The translations under genes and the position numbers were made by a program. The notes beneath the pieces were generated by a model. It saw only the letters and a program-made list of their open reading frames with translations. It did not search any database and was not told the DNA's origin. A stretch of 64,000 nucleotides of DNA from an uncultured archaeon (GTDB lineage: Archaea > Thermoproteota > Bathyarchaeia > Bathyarchaeales > Bathycorpusculaceae): NCBI GenBank assembly GCA_963810275.1, contig CAWENF010000003.1:64001-128000 (forward strand), given 5' to 3'. Position 1 is the stretch's first letter, and the number at the start of each line of letters is the position of its first letter. Below are positions 48,767 to 58,829 of the stretch, one piece after another.

Positions 48767-49273
48767 TTAGACCATGCGTTTGACAAGTTCGTTTATTGCT
48801 TCACCGCGGTAGCCTGATTCACCGCCTGCACGGAAAGACTTCTTGGTGTTTCCATGGTAGCCTTTACTTGGCGGATGAAGCTTGAAACGTGGTTCGATAG
48901 CTGGGAGGTTTTTGTATGCGACTTTGCAACTTAAGACTGCATCTGCGAGTTCTTCGATGGATTTGTAACCTTGCTCCTGCAGATACTCAGTATTAATTTT
49001 CTTGCTGCCTTCCAAGCGTCCGCGTTTCGTCAGCATTTCGACGACGGTTCCTTTTGTGGGTTCGCCCCAAGTAACGTAGTTGTTGACACGTTGTAGCATG
49101 CCTTTGTAGGCGGGACGACTGTCAATGAGGATTGCATGGTTAGTGTGGGTTAAGCGGAGCAGTTCGAGAGTTTCGCGGGCTTCCCTGAGTGCATTGATTG
49201 TGCCTCGGACACGAACCACTACGAGGCATTTACATTCTTCAGTTTTCTGTTGTGACATTTTTACTTCACCCAA
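48767..49273 (-). CDS. rpl30: 50S ribosomal protein uL30
   Basis: VVRVRG, VTWGE, LHPPSKG and GYRGEAIN. Confidence 0.95.
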   Translation of the reverse strand: MGEVKMSQQKTEECKCLVVVRVRGTINALREARETLELLRLTHTNHAILIDSRPAYKGMLQRVNNYVTWGEPTKGTVVEMLTKRGRLEGSKKINTEYLQEQGYKSIEELADAVLSCKVAYKNLPAIEPRFKLHPPSKGYHGNTKKSFRAGGESGYRGEAINELVKRMV

Positions 49274-49929
49274 TCAGTTGTGGTAATCAAGTTGTAGGTT
49301 TTCTTTAGCCCGTCAAATATGGCGCATGCATAGGATGGAACGGTTCGGGTTGAACCATAGCTGCGCATCCAGAGGTCTTTAACACCTGCAAGCCCAAGAA
49401 TAACTTTGGCGACTTCGCTTGAAACTAACCCTAAGCCTCTTGGCCCGGGGATAATAACTGCACGGACACCACCGCATTTGCCTTCTACCTGGAAGGGTAT
49501 GCTGTGGGGTTTTCCGCAGCTACATTCCCAACTTCCGCATCCACGTTTAACGGGGACAATATTGAGGCGTGCGTTGGCTGCTGCTTTTTCGATGGCGTTA
49601 CGGACTTGACTAGCTTTGCCTTGCCCTAAGCCGATGTAGCCGTCTCTGTTACCGACTGCGACGATTGCTTTGAAGCGTGATTTTTCGCCTGCATCAGTCT
49701 GTTTCTGGACTAAGTTAACGTTGATGACTTCTTCCTGTAAGTCTGGAATCAGGGAGTCGACGATTTGGGATTCGCTGATTTTTATTCCACTCAGGAATAC
49801 TTCTTCGATTGTCGTGATTTTGCCTTCTTGAACCATTTTCCCTAAGCGGGTTCGTGGAACCCACTGTTCTAGGCTGGCTTGGCGTCTTTCGGCGTCTCTA
49901 CTTCTATCTCTTTGACCTCTGTGACTCAT
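49261..49929 (-). CDS. rps5: 30S ribosomal protein uS5
   Basis: WVPRTRLG, VQKQTDAGE and RGCGSWEC. Confidence 0.97.
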   Translation of the reverse strand: MSHRGQRDRSRDAERRQASLEQWVPRTRLGKMVQEGKITTIEEVFLSGIKISESQIVDSLIPDLQEEVINVNLVQKQTDAGEKSRFKAIVAVGNRDGYIGLGQGKASQVRNAIEKAAANARLNIVPVKRGCGSWECSCGKPHSIPFQVEGKCGGVRAVIIPGPRGLGLVSSEVAKVILGLAGVKDLWMRSYGSTRTVPSYACAIFDGLKKTYNLITTTDWVK

Positions 49930-50876
49930 TCTTCATTTTCACCCTTCTTGGTTACCTTTTTGGCTGGTACATTCTCTTTAGGGGGAACTGCCTTTTCTTT
50001 GGCCTCTGCAATTGGAGCTTCTACTTTTACTGGCTTTTCAGCTTTCTCGGGTTTTGGAGTTACTGAAGAAGCCACTCTAATTGATGCTTCAGTTGCCTTG
50101 GCTTTTGAAGCTGTCTCCTTAGCTTCAGGCGCTTTCTCTTTAACTGGAGCAGCAGATGCTTTTTCCTTTCCTGGAACAACATTCTCTGATGCTGGCTTAG
50201 CTTTCTCCTTAGGAGGAGCCGTTTTAGCTGGAGGCGGAGCCTTAGCTTTGGGCTTCACTTTTACCTCAACTTCGGGGGCAACCTCCATACCCTTAAAGGA
50301 GGCAACAATTGCTGCGCGAACCTTGCTGAAGTGCTCAGGAAGCGTCTCGGGGGCAACCTTTTGCTTGAGGAACATACTGAATTGAGCTTTGTATTCGTCG
50401 CTATCCACACCGAGTTCTTCAGCATAGTTTGCTATATGGTGACCTTTGGTGCGTTCTTTAACAAGTTTATCTTCGCTGTAGGGGATTTCTATACCTGCAT
50501 CGACAACGCCGTGCAGAACTGCAAATACCTTATTGCCTTTGGTTGGGATAGCCATACCGAGGTCAAGGATTGCTTCGTCTACGTTTGCTGCTTTGGCTTT
50601 AAGTCCACAAATCAAACCAGTGAGGTATGCTGCGGGGATATTCCCGGCGGGTGCTTTCCAACCGTACTTTTTGATAAGTTCACGACTGTTGGCTGACGCA
50701 AGGGTCATATCACCTATTGGTTTAGCGATGATTATTTGTGCAGTTACGTTTTTGAGTGAGGGACGAACGACGAGTCGGTGTCTTCCCGAAATAACCATGG
50801 CTTTACGGGCTTGGTAATCGGTTTTGCCTGAACGTCTGCGTCTAAGTTGTACTCGGTAGTTTGCGCTTTTTGCCAT
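49926..50876 (-). CDS. rpl18: 50S ribosomal protein uL18 with long Pro/Ala/Lys/Glu tail
   Basis: RRRRSGKTDY and NIPAAYLTG. Confidence 0.95.
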   Translation of the reverse strand: MAKSANYRVQLRRRRSGKTDYQARKAMVISGRHRLVVRPSLKNVTAQIIIAKPIGDMTLASANSRELIKKYGWKAPAGNIPAAYLTGLICGLKAKAANVDEAILDLGMAIPTKGNKVFAVLHGVVDAGIEIPYSEDKLVKERTKGHHIANYAEELGVDSDEYKAQFSMFLKQKVAPETLPEHFSKVRAAIVASFKGMEVAPEVEVKVKPKAKAPPPAKTAPPKEKAKPASENVVPGKEKASAAPVKEKAPEAKETASKAKATEASIRVASSVTPKPEKAEKPVKVEAPIAEAKEKAVPPKENVPAKKVTKKGENEE

Positions 50877-50877
50877 C

Positions 50878-51333
50878 TTAACGTTTCCTCCATTGTTCGT
50901 TTGATTTTAGGTGTCGCTCCATTTCGGCGATGGATTGGAATCTTCCACTGCCTGCCATACGGTAATACTGGGTGTAAGTAGATTCTGTGATTACTCGGCT
51001 TGCTTTAAGCTCGCGGAGTTTACGTCTTAAGGAGCGAATTCGAATCATCCAAGCCTGTTTCTTGGTTACTTTAGCATAGCCTGCACCTGTAAAGCTGCCA
51101 GCTCCGCTGCGTCTGCCTAAGCGTTTCTTTGCGCGTATGGTTTTTGCGCGTGAACGGCTAACCCCTTTCTCAGGCAGGGAAACAATAATTTTCTCATGAA
51201 TCATTTTGCGTACTTCTTCACGTGTAATTGCGCCTTCAACGTCGTCAACACGTTCAGGATCTATCCAAACTCTGTTTTGACCGATTTTGAGGATTTCCGC
51301 AGCTAAACGTCTTTGACCACTTAGGTTAGTCAT
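50878..51333 (-). CDS. rpl19e: 50S ribosomal protein eL19
   Basis: QRRLAAEIL, RVWIDP and WMIRIRSLR. Confidence 0.97.
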   Translation of the reverse strand: MTNLSGQRRLAAEILKIGQNRVWIDPERVDDVEGAITREEVRKMIHEKIIVSLPEKGVSRSRAKTIRAKKRLGRRSGAGSFTGAGYAKVTKKQAWMIRIRSLRRKLRELKASRVITESTYTQYYRMAGSGRFQSIAEMERHLKSNEQWRKR

Positions 51334-51941
51334 TACTTCTTCTCCTCCTTCATTTCAGCTACTTTCTTTTCTTTATCTTTCTTTTTAGCAGCAGCTTTTT
51401 TCTTCTTCTGGAGATCTTTCTTCTTCTTTTCTATCTCCTTGGCTTTCTCTTTCTGAGATTTTTCTTCTTTCTTAGCTGTTTCTTTCTGCTCTGCCTCGGT
51501 TTCAGCTTCAGTTTCTTCGACTGCTTCAGTTTGTTCTTCAGCAGATACTTTGACGTTTAAGATTTTAATGTCAAGTTGCTTTGCTTCCTCGATGATGAGG
51601 GCTCGTTTGCGTTTGCCGACAGTATGTCCGATTCTTGCCGCTTCAGTAGCTGGGTCTATTGCCGCTAAGTCGGCGACGTTGTAAACGATGACTTCTTTGT
51701 AACCTGATGGATGCAGGAAACGGGCAACTTTGGGGCCTTTGTAGCCTGTGCTTGGTCCTGGAGGCCAGCCTTTGATTTTTCGGCGGATTTTGTTGTCTAA
51801 CCCGCGTGGTCTACGCCAGCTTTCGCTGAAACGGTCAAACCGCCAGCTTTCCGCCCGGACGAACTTCGGCTTTTTGTTTCTGGCGCGTGCCCGAACTCTT
51901 AGTGCACTACGTGAGGGTGACTGTTTCTTTTCTTCTGTCAT
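51333..51941 (-). CDS. rpl32e: 50S ribosomal protein eL32 with Glu/Lys tail
   Basis: KPKFVR, WRRPRGLDNK and HPSGY. Confidence 0.95.
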   Translation of the reverse strand: MTEEKKQSPSRSALRVRARARNKKPKFVRAESWRFDRFSESWRRPRGLDNKIRRKIKGWPPGPSTGYKGPKVARFLHPSGYKEVIVYNVADLAAIDPATEAARIGHTVGKRKRALIIEEAKQLDIKILNVKVSAEEQTEAVEETEAETEAEQKETAKKEEKSQKEKAKEIEKKKKDLQKKKKAAAKKKDKEKKVAEMKEEKK

Positions 51942-52486
51942 TATGCCATTCCTTCGTTTCTTTCATAGGTGTAAATACCGTCAAGGAAGACACGGGGGTC
52001 TTTTCCTCGCACCTTAGTCATCTGCTCAATGTTCGCTGCGGTTTGGCTGACCAACTCAAGATCAGTACCTTGCAGGATGATGTCATCTGGTTCGAGTTTA
52101 ACCTTGACGTTTTCGAGGATTTTGATTTTGCGGGGCCTACGTTCGCCTGTAAAGTTTTCGATCAGCAATGCTTTGTCTTCGAGTTTCACAGTAATTGGGA
52201 AGTGCGAGAAAACTATTTTCATTTTGTATGTGTAGCCTTTGGTGACGCCAGTTATCATGTTTTTGATGTGTGAATGGATGGTTCCTACTAGAGCGGCTTC
52301 TTTTTTACGTGGCCACTTAGCTGAGATGACCACGTTTTTGTCTTGGCCTTCTATTGAGATCTGGGCATAAGAAAAGTCGCGGGAGAGGGAGCCTTTTTCG
52401 CCTTTAACGTTGATTTTTTTACCCACTACACTTAAAGTTACGTCATCTGGAACTTCAATGGTTCTTGATACTTCTGGAAGCCGCAT
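51941..52486 (-). CDS. rpl6: 50S ribosomal protein uL6
   Basis: NMITGVTKG, SHFP and KDPRVFLDGIY. Confidence 0.97.
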   Translation of the reverse strand: MRLPEVSRTIEVPDDVTLSVVGKKINVKGEKGSLSRDFSYAQISIEGQDKNVVISAKWPRKKEAALVGTIHSHIKNMITGVTKGYTYKMKIVFSHFPITVKLEDKALLIENFTGERRPRKIKILENVKVKLEPDDIILQGTDLELVSQTAANIEQMTKVRGKDPRVFLDGIYTYERNEGMA

Positions 52487-52499
52487 GAGTTTTATCTCC

Positions 52500-52883
52500 T
52501 TAATACACGAAGGCTAAGAGCCTTCCTCCGATTTTCTTTTCTTCTGCATCTTTGTGAGCTATTACGCCGTTGGAGGTTGAAACAACCATTATGCCTACAT
52601 CTCTGGAGGGCAAGTAGGTTTTCTCCCAAGCTTCATACTCGTCGGCTTTAACTGCAAAGCGGGGTTTAACTGGGCCGCACTTGTTGATTCTGCCTAGGAG
52701 TTGAACCTTGAATTTTCCTTGGCGCCCATCGTCTATGAATTCGAACTCGCCAATGTAGCCGTTAAGTTGCATGATGCGTAGAACGCGTCCCAAGAGTTTA
52801 GATGCTGGGCTAATGATGCATTCTCGTTTGTTCCGTGTTTCGTTATTGAATATGGTTACGAGACCGTTAGTTAAAGTGTCCAT
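52500..52883 (-). CDS. rps8: 30S ribosomal protein uS8
   Basis: [20 protein letters not shown] and GGRLLAFVY. Confidence 0.95.
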   Translation of the reverse strand: MDTLTNGLVTIFNNETRNKRECIISPASKLLGRVLRIMQLNGYIGEFEFIDDGRQGKFKVQLLGRINKCGPVKPRFAVKADEYEAWEKTYLPSRDVGIMVVSTSNGVIAHKDAEEKKIGGRLLAFVY

Positions 52884-52899
52884 TTTCTTTCATTAGCTC

Positions 52900-53064
52900 C
52901 TATTCATATTTCTTGAAACCTAATTTGGGGGCAGCCTCTCTAAAACATGTCCTGCATAAATATAAATCGTAACGTCTGATGACTGGACCGAACGAGCCGC
53001 ATCTTACGCATGGACGTGAGCCTTTGCCGTATTTTCTTTGTTTCTTAACTTGCTGTTTTCCCAT
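52900..53064 (-). CDS. rps14: 30S ribosomal protein uS14 (Zn-binding type, 54 aa)
   Basis: Hand translation [23 protein letters not shown]...[18 protein letters not shown]; too short for the ORF track. Confidence 0.95.
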   Translation of the reverse strand: MGKQQVKKQRKYGKGSRPCVRCGSFGPVIRRYDLYLCRTCFREAAPKLGFKKYE

Positions 53065-53080
53065 ACAATCACTCTCAGTT

Positions 53081-53623
53081 TTAGACGAGTTCTACTCCTA
53101 CAGTTTGTTTTATGAAGAGCATGGACTCTTCAGGGGTTAAGACGTGTTTTGGACCAATCGGTTTGCTTTGGCGTTTCCGGGTCGTGACACGGTGGCCTGG
53201 GCGGTTGACGGTGACGCAGATATCCATACCGAAGATGCCAATTTCAGGGTCATATTTGACACCGGGAATCTCTATGTGCTCTTTGAGACCGAAGCTAAAG
53301 TTTCCGCGAACATCAAACGAGCGCTTGGACAGTTTATTATCAACCACTGGGAAGACCTTCTTTAAGAAGTCAATTGCTTCTTCCCCGCGCAATGTGACAA
53401 CGACTGCTATGGCTTCTCCTTCTCTGATGCCGAAGTCACGGATGGATTTCTTTGCACGCTTCTTAACCGGAACTTTGCCAGTAATTTCTTCAAGTACCTT
53501 GTTTGCTTTTTCGAGCGGTTCGCCGGATTTGCCAACGTTGAGGTTTACAACGACTTTCTCGATGCGGGGTTTACGCATCGGGTGATCTTCCCAAGTTTGG
53601 AATATTTGTTCATCAGACAACAC
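53081..53623 (-). CDS. rpl5: 50S ribosomal protein uL5
   Basis: [15 protein letters not shown] and [11 protein letters not shown]. Confidence 0.97.
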   Translation of the reverse strand: MLSDEQIFQTWEDHPMRKPRIEKVVVNLNVGKSGEPLEKANKVLEEITGKVPVKKRAKKSIRDFGIREGEAIAVVVTLRGEEAIDFLKKVFPVVDNKLSKRSFDVRGNFSFGLKEHIEIPGVKYDPEIGIFGMDICVTVNRPGHRVTTRKRQSKPIGPKHVLTPEESMLFIKQTVGVELV

Positions 53624-54377
53624 TAAATTCCTCCAACGTGTTAATCATGGGTGAGGTTTCGCCTATTGAGAAAACAAAGTCCATGATAGTTTGGTACCGT
53701 GCGCCTTTGGCGTCTTCGATGAGGACAAGAGCATGTCGGCGTTTCTTATCTTCAGCTTTTTCGATTTCAACGATTTTACCCATAACACCGATGTTTTTGC
53801 CGCCGGTGATTATGGCTAAGTTGCCTTCTTTTGCTTTAAGGGTTGCAACCACCTGTTTTTCAGGATAGGTTACTTTGAGGGTGTCAAACGTGTCATATGT
53901 GACTCCGGTTGGATTTTTAGGGTCTGCGACTTTGACGAGCATTACGGAGCCATCGTGAACTATCACTTGGACTCCGCCTCTAACTGTATGTTTGTTTTCA
54001 ACCCGCAAAAGCGAGAAAGTGGATTCTTCCTTGCTAATTGGTGCAGTGTAGAGCCCTTTGTGTGAAGGCATGACGCGGTAGTGTTTGTCGCTTCCTTGCA
54101 GTGAAATAACATCCATTAAACCGACGGGTATGTCGTCTTTTTTGTAAACTTTTCCGTTTACTATGACATTGCCTTGGTCGATGATTATTTTGCCTTCTTT
54201 TCTTGTATCTGCAACACCTAGCATGTCACGTAGAACAAGAGTCAGTGGGACACATTTATGTAATGAATGTGAACCTGAAGAGGGCTTCACAACCCACGGT
54301 GCCTCTTTTCTGTGAATAGGCCAGAATGCTGGCGCTGGCTTTCGTTTCAGCCTTGCAGTCTTTCCTTTTCTACCCAA
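53613..54377 (-). CDS. rps4e: 30S ribosomal protein eS4
   Basis: LKRKPAP.FWPI.RK, PVGLMDVI and ITGGKN.G. Confidence 0.95.
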   Translation of the reverse strand: MGRKGKTARLKRKPAPAFWPIHRKEAPWVVKPSSGSHSLHKCVPLTLVLRDMLGVADTRKEGKIIIDQGNVIVNGKVYKKDDIPVGLMDVISLQGSDKHYRVMPSHKGLYTAPISKEESTFSLLRVENKHTVRGGVQVIVHDGSVMLVKVADPKNPTGVTYDTFDTLKVTYPEKQVVATLKAKEGNLAIITGGKNIGVMGKIVEIEKAEDKKRRHALVLIEDAKGARYQTIMDFVFSIGETSPMINTLEEFSVV

Positions 54378-54379
54378 AC

Positions 54380-54886
54380 TTATTGTCCTCCTTCTTCAGA
54401 GGTTTCAGCCTCTGTTTCTTCTGCCGTTTTTTTGACGGCTTTTTTAGCGATCGTCTTCTTTGCTGGTTCTTCAGTCTTAGCTGCCGTCGCTTTTGGTTTT
54501 TCTTTCTTTTTCCTCTCTGGAGCAACTTTCCGTCCGAGAATGGTTTCCTTGCGGTATTTGTCGTCAAGGACTAAGTTGCGGATCTGAACTTTGGATGGAT
54601 GAACAGCTAAGAAGATGTTGGTTCCATCAACTTTTTCACGGGTTAACCCTTCAAGGTAGATTCTGTATGCTTTTAGGTCAACACGTGAAACCTTTCCTTC
54701 AAAGCCTTTGTTGTCGCCTCGTAGAATGCGCACCGTGTCGCCCTTGCGGACAGGCAGGGTTTTTGCGCCTTTGGAAACGGCAAGTTCACGTGAGAGCGGT
54801 GCAGCCATGCTTTTGTGACGTATGTGAGCTGGAGCGTTGAAGTGCTTCTTTCTCTGTTTTCCGGGGTCTTTAACTGATTTCTGCAT
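54380..54886 (-). CDS. rpl24: 50S ribosomal protein uL24 with charged tail
   Basis: PGKQRK, PVRKGDTVRILRG and HPSKV. Confidence 0.95.
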   Translation of the reverse strand: MQKSVKDPGKQRKKHFNAPAHIRHKSMAAPLSRELAVSKGAKTLPVRKGDTVRILRGDNKGFEGKVSRVDLKAYRIYLEGLTREKVDGTNIFLAVHPSKVQIRNLVLDDKYRKETILGRKVAPERKKKEKPKATAAKTEEPAKKTIAKKAVKKTAEETEAETSEEGGQ

Positions 54887-54898
54887 TCTTTTTCTCTC

Positions 54899-55342
54899 CT
54901 AAACGATTATGCTTGAGGCGCTGGCTATTCTTGGCCATCTCTCAGCTGCTTCTCTTGCTACGGGGCCTCTAATTTCGGAGCCTTTCATGTCTCCTTCTGG
55001 AGTTATAATAACGGCTGCGTTGTCTTCGAATTGTACCCAGACGCCGTCGATTCTTCGGAATGTTTTGCGTTGGCGAACGATGACTGCTTGGAAGATTTTT
55101 TTGCGCATATCAGGTGAGCCTTGGCGTACTGAGACTGTAACTTTGTCCCCGACTGTGGCTGAAGGGTAACGTCTTAGGCGCCCCTTGTAGCCCATGGCTT
55201 GAATGAGACGTAGAACACGTGCACCTGTGTTATCGGCGCATTTCATTTCTGAGCCTGCCAGTAGGCCACGGCTGAGTTTTTGTCCGTGAGACATCATACC
55301 CTTAGCAGTTAGACCTCTTCCTTTTGCTTTAGCTGCACACAT
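54899..55342 (-). CDS. rpl14: 50S ribosomal protein uL14
   Basis: CADNTGA, FEDNAAVI and GPVAREAAERWPRI. Confidence 0.97.
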   Translation of the reverse strand: MCAAKAKGRGLTAKGMMSHGQKLSRGLLAGSEMKCADNTGARVLRLIQAMGYKGRLRRYPSATVGDKVTVSVRQGSPDMRKKIFQAVIVRQRKTFRRIDGVWVQFEDNAAVIITPEGDMKGSEIRGPVAREAAERWPRIASASSIIV

Positions 55343-55343
55343 A

Positions 55344-55664
55344 TTATCGTTCCTCTCCTACTTTTTCTACTACAACGAAGCTGACCGTTTTGCTGAGTGG
55401 TCTGCACTCGGCAATTCTTACACGGTCGCCTTCTTTAACGTCTAAGCATGGAGGATTGTGTGATGGGATATGCCCGTGTCTGCGTTCGTAACGCACGAAT
55501 TTTGAGGAGAATTGCGTGAATTCTCTGTCAACGATAACGGTTTTGTCCATCTTTGCTGTGTGGACGACGCCTTCTAGGACGCGACCTCTAATTGAGAGAG
55601 TGCCGTGAAAGGGGCAGTTGGGGTCGTCACATGTTTTTTTGGGTTGCTTGAAAGTCATTGACAT
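55344..55664 (-). CDS. rps17: 30S ribosomal protein uS17
   Basis: CDDPNCPFHG and ECRPLSKTVSFVV. Confidence 0.97.
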   Translation of the reverse strand: MSMTFKQPKKTCDDPNCPFHGTLSIRGRVLEGVVHTAKMDKTVIVDREFTQFSSKFVRYERRHGHIPSHNPPCLDVKEGDRVRIAECRPLSKTVSFVVVEKVGEER

Positions 55665-55665
55665 A

Positions 55666-55947
55666 TTACCATAACCTCTTAACAGTTTTCTTAAGCCGAT
55701 CTTCTGAGCGGCCGACTAAGAGTTTACCGTCAACTTGAACGACTGTACCGTCGCTGAAAGTGAAATCAAATGCCGCAGCATCTTTTATGACGCTACGAGT
55801 TCTGCCTCCGTTCTGAAGTTGGAGAGTGTTTCTGGTTTCACCTACAACTAATCCGCCTACGCCAACGTAGTCTTCGTTGAGGCTTTGGGCGACTACGGCT
55901 TGTGCGCCGATAAATTCGTAGCGGATAATGTCAGGAGTTATTTTCAT
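55666..55947 (-). CDS. rnp1: RNase P protein component 1 (Rpp29/Pop4)
   Basis: EFIG, G.VV.ETRNT and G..L.GR.EDR; conserved position before rps17. Confidence 0.9.
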   Translation of the reverse strand: MKITPDIIRYEFIGAQAVVAQSLNEDYVGVGGLVVGETRNTLQLQNGGRTRSVIKDAAAFDFTFSDGTVVQVDGKLLVGRSEDRLKKTVKRLW

Positions 55948-56228
55948 TAGGAAGATTTCTCCTCAGATTTTGCTTGTTTTTTGGGTTTAATAGCTTTCTT
56001 TTCGGGGGCTGGCGCTTTGCGTAGCCCGATGTTTTGTTCGTTTTGAACAGTCAGGATGCGGGCGATGGTTTTACGGATTTGGCGGATACGTGTTGGATTT
56101 TCAACAGCACCACCTGCATTGACCATGGTGCGTATACGTGCAAGTTCAGCTCTTAAGTCGATGAGCCGCTGTTCTCTTGTTTCAGGGGTCATTTCAGCGA
56201 TTTCTTTCATACGCATAATTGGTGCCAT
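55947..56228 (-). CDS. rpl29: 50S ribosomal protein uL29
   Basis: ENPTRIRQIRKTIARILT. Confidence 0.95.
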   Translation of the reverse strand: MAPIMRMKEIAEMTPETREQRLIDLRAELARIRTMVNAGGAVENPTRIRQIRKTIARILTVQNEQNIGLRKAPAPEKKAIKPKKQAKSEEKSS

Positions 56229-57097
56229 TACTGTGTTTCCTCCGCTGGTTTAGCTTCGGCTTTTGGAATTTCTTCAGCTTTGGGTTCCTCTTTGGGTTTT
56301 TCTTGTGTGGCTGGCGCTTCTGGTTCGAGATTTGGTTCTGATTTAGCTGCTGGGGCTGCTGGGGGTTCTTCTGCTGGAGAGGGCGGGGATGAAGCTGGTG
56401 CTTGCTCTGGTGTTGGAGTAGGAATTGGTTCTGGCGCTGGAGCAGCGGCTGGTGCTGGTGTTGGGGCTGATTCTGCTACAATTTCAATTTCTTCCGGAGT
56501 CTCAGGTTCAATAATTTGGACTTTGTCTGGGAAATAGGCGTCCGGAGGCATAATTTTGACGCGAACACCAATCATTCCTGGTTTAAGTTGAACGTGTGCC
56601 TCAGCGGTTTTCATAGCGCGCAACGCTGGTTCACCACATCGGGGGAAGTCGCCTGCGCGAAACTTCTCAAAACGAGCTCGCTCGGTTGTTAGTTTGCCGC
56701 TGATAACGATTTCTGCGCCTAATGCGCCTGCTTCCATAACTTGGTTTAGTGCCCAGAATCCTGCACGCCTGAAGTGGACACCTCGCTCAAGAGCAGATGT
56801 TACTCGGTTTGCGACGACATGTGCATTGTACTCGGGGACCTCGATTTCTGAGACGCTAATTTGCGGGTTGGCAACTTTGAAGTTGCGTTCTAGTGAAGAG
56901 GCGAGTTCTTTAATAGTTTCTCCGCCTCTGCCGATAACGATTCCGGGGCGCATAGCGTAGATGACTACGTGGGTGCCAAGCGGAGTTTTTGAGAGGTTGA
57001 CTCCGCCATATCCGGCTCTTTCAAGTTTTTTCTGTAAAAACTCGTCGATTTCGGTACGTTTGATTGATTCTGTTATGAAACGTTTGACTATGCTCAT
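56228..57097 (-). CDS. rps3: 30S ribosomal protein uS3 with long Pro/Ala/Glu tail
   Basis: RPGIVIGRGG, LERGVHFRR and ISGKL. Confidence 0.97.
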   Translation of the reverse strand: MSIVKRFITESIKRTEIDEFLQKKLERAGYGGVNLSKTPLGTHVVIYAMRPGIVIGRGGETIKELASSLERNFKVANPQISVSEIEVPEYNAHVVANRVTSALERGVHFRRAGFWALNQVMEAGALGAEIVISGKLTTERARFEKFRAGDFPRCGEPALRAMKTAEAHVQLKPGMIGVRVKIMPPDAYFPDKVQIIEPETPEEIEIVAESAPTPAPAAAPAPEPIPTPTPEQAPASSPPSPAEEPPAAPAAKSEPNLEPEAPATQEKPKEEPKAEEIPKAEAKPAEETQ

Positions 57098-57583
57098 TTA
57101 CTGCTCTCCTGCGGTGGATTTCTCTTCGAGCACGATTTCCACATGGGTTAAAATATTGTATTTCGGTGATGCTCTGCCGTGTGCTCGGGGGGTATAACGT
57201 TTGAGTTTCATGCCCTGATATGCGACTGAGTGCATGATTCTTAGGCGGTCCACATCTAAGCCTTTGTTTTCTGCGTTTGCTTGTGCTGCTTGCAGAACAC
57301 GTAAGATGGCTTGGGCGGTTTTTACTGGGTACCTGCCGACGCAGTTTTTCTGCATACCGCCTTTGTGGCCGAGTTTCTTGGTATATCTTGTGTATGGAAT
57401 CGGTTTCCTCTTCGCGATTACTTCTCGAAGGTATTCTTTTGCTTTAACTAGATCCATGCTTTTTATGGCTTTAGCGACTTCCCGTGCGGCTTTGTGGGAT
57501 ACTTTTAATTCTCGGCCGCTGGCTTTCGCTGTTTTATCTGGATTAAGCATTTCTTCGATTATTGAGTATCCCCATTTGGGCAT
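57098..57583 (-). CDS. rpl22: 50S ribosomal protein uL22
   Basis: VSHKAAREV, GRYPVK and PRAHGRA. Confidence 0.97.
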   Translation of the reverse strand: MPKWGYSIIEEMLNPDKTAKASGRELKVSHKAAREVAKAIKSMDLVKAKEYLREVIAKRKPIPYTRYTKKLGHKGGMQKNCVGRYPVKTAQAILRVLQAAQANAENKGLDVDRLRIMHSVAYQGMKLKRYTPRAHGRASPKYNILTHVEIVLEEKSTAGEQ

Positions 57584-57898
57584 TTTTTATTTCTCCGATG
57601 CGCAATCAAACACGTAAAAGCAATTTATATGGCTTTCCGTATCAGAACTAAGATTTGACTCTTAACTGACTAAGTGGTGTCCCGGCGAAGGAACTATTCG
57701 AACGCGTGAGGTGTGTACAGTTTCACGATTACGTTTACTCTTTTATAGTTTGCCCAAAAAAAACCGTATAGCCAAGCACTCTTAAACTGGGTACCCCAAG
57801 GTGGAAGCCAAAGCTAAAAAGATAGCTGTATGAATTGTAGCTGACATGGGTCTACCACAATCGCCTATAAACAACCGTACCCGAGTTTCGTTGGAGAC

Positions 57899-58270
57899 TT
57901 GTGTTTGATAAACAACCAAGAAAAAAATGAAGCAGAACCCAAAACTATCCTTCGTACTCTGCCATATGAAAGTGGTTTCCATTTTAACACAGAAAAAGGT
58001 ATCTATATCGGCCAAACCGCTAACAGCCTCGAAGACTTCGGTGCAAAACTTAAAACTATAGACTCAGGATCGATTGCTTATCACTATTACAGAGGAGATT
58101 TCCAGAGATGGATAAGCACAACTTTGGGCGACCAAAAGTTTGCGGATAAGTTATGCTTTATTAAAACAGATATCTCTCCTGAGCAGCTTCGAACGGAACT
58201 TTTGAAAATGCTGGACAGCCGAATTATTGAATTAAAGAGTTTGGATTGGGTAGAAAACAAGGGCATATAA
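57899..58270 (+). CDS. DUF5752-like protein
   Basis: GFHF, ANSLEDF and SIAYHYYRGDFQRWI..TLGD. Confidence 0.7.
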   Translation: MCLINNQEKNEAEPKTILRTLPYESGFHFNTEKGIYIGQTANSLEDFGAKLKTIDSGSIAYHYYRGDFQRWISTTLGDQKFADKLCFIKTDISPEQLRTELLKMLDSRIIELKSLDWVENKGI

Positions 58271-58416
58271 GTTAGGTTTTGATTTTTTCCATTATTTAGA
58301 CAGGCTTTTTTAGTTTAAAATCCAAAAGAAAAAATGAGCCATGTTTGCGTCAGCAGCGATTTAGGCATAACTTAAAGAGCAAGCGCACTCCAAACAGGAG
58401 TAGAAGGAACCCACCA

Positions 58417-58707
58417 ATGAAAACTTTAAAAATCGTGAAAAAAATAGCACTCTTTACTGCCGCTGTATCTTTTGTTTTTGCTGCTGTTGAAGCAATCTTA
58501 ACCTATTTCGCAATAATAATCATCAATCAAACCACAGAAATCCCCAGTGAATACTTGATCATCAACGCTTTGCCCTCGGCGTTGCCATACCTGTTTATCG
58601 GAGTAATCGCAGTCGTCGTTGTGGCTTTAACCAGAGAACCCGAAGAACTATCAGATGAAGGTCCTCAAGAAGAAGCATTGCCACCAGCTGAAGAGGTTAA
58701 TGCTTAA
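58417..58707 (+). CDS. Small two-TM membrane protein
   Basis: MKTLKIVKKIALF..., two hydrophobic helices and an acidic tail. Confidence 0.55.
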   Translation: MKTLKIVKKIALFTAAVSFVFAAVEAILTYFAIIIINQTTEIPSEYLIINALPSALPYLFIGVIAVVVVALTREPEELSDEGPQEEALPPAEEVNA

Positions 58708-58829
58708 CAACTCTTTTTTTTAAGCAATTAATCTCTGCCGATTAAGGAAAGGTAGGAAGTTTTTGGTGTTTTAGGTAGGCTATTTGGATTAAAAAAGGCA
58801 AAAGCCGAGTCTTTCCTTGGGAAAAGAGG

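Noticed and set aside
57690-57737. Hairpin upstream of rpl22 as a regulatory RNA
   Set aside because: A single short imperfect stem (CGTGAGG/TTTCACG) lying upstream of the likely rpl22 TATA box; insufficient support.
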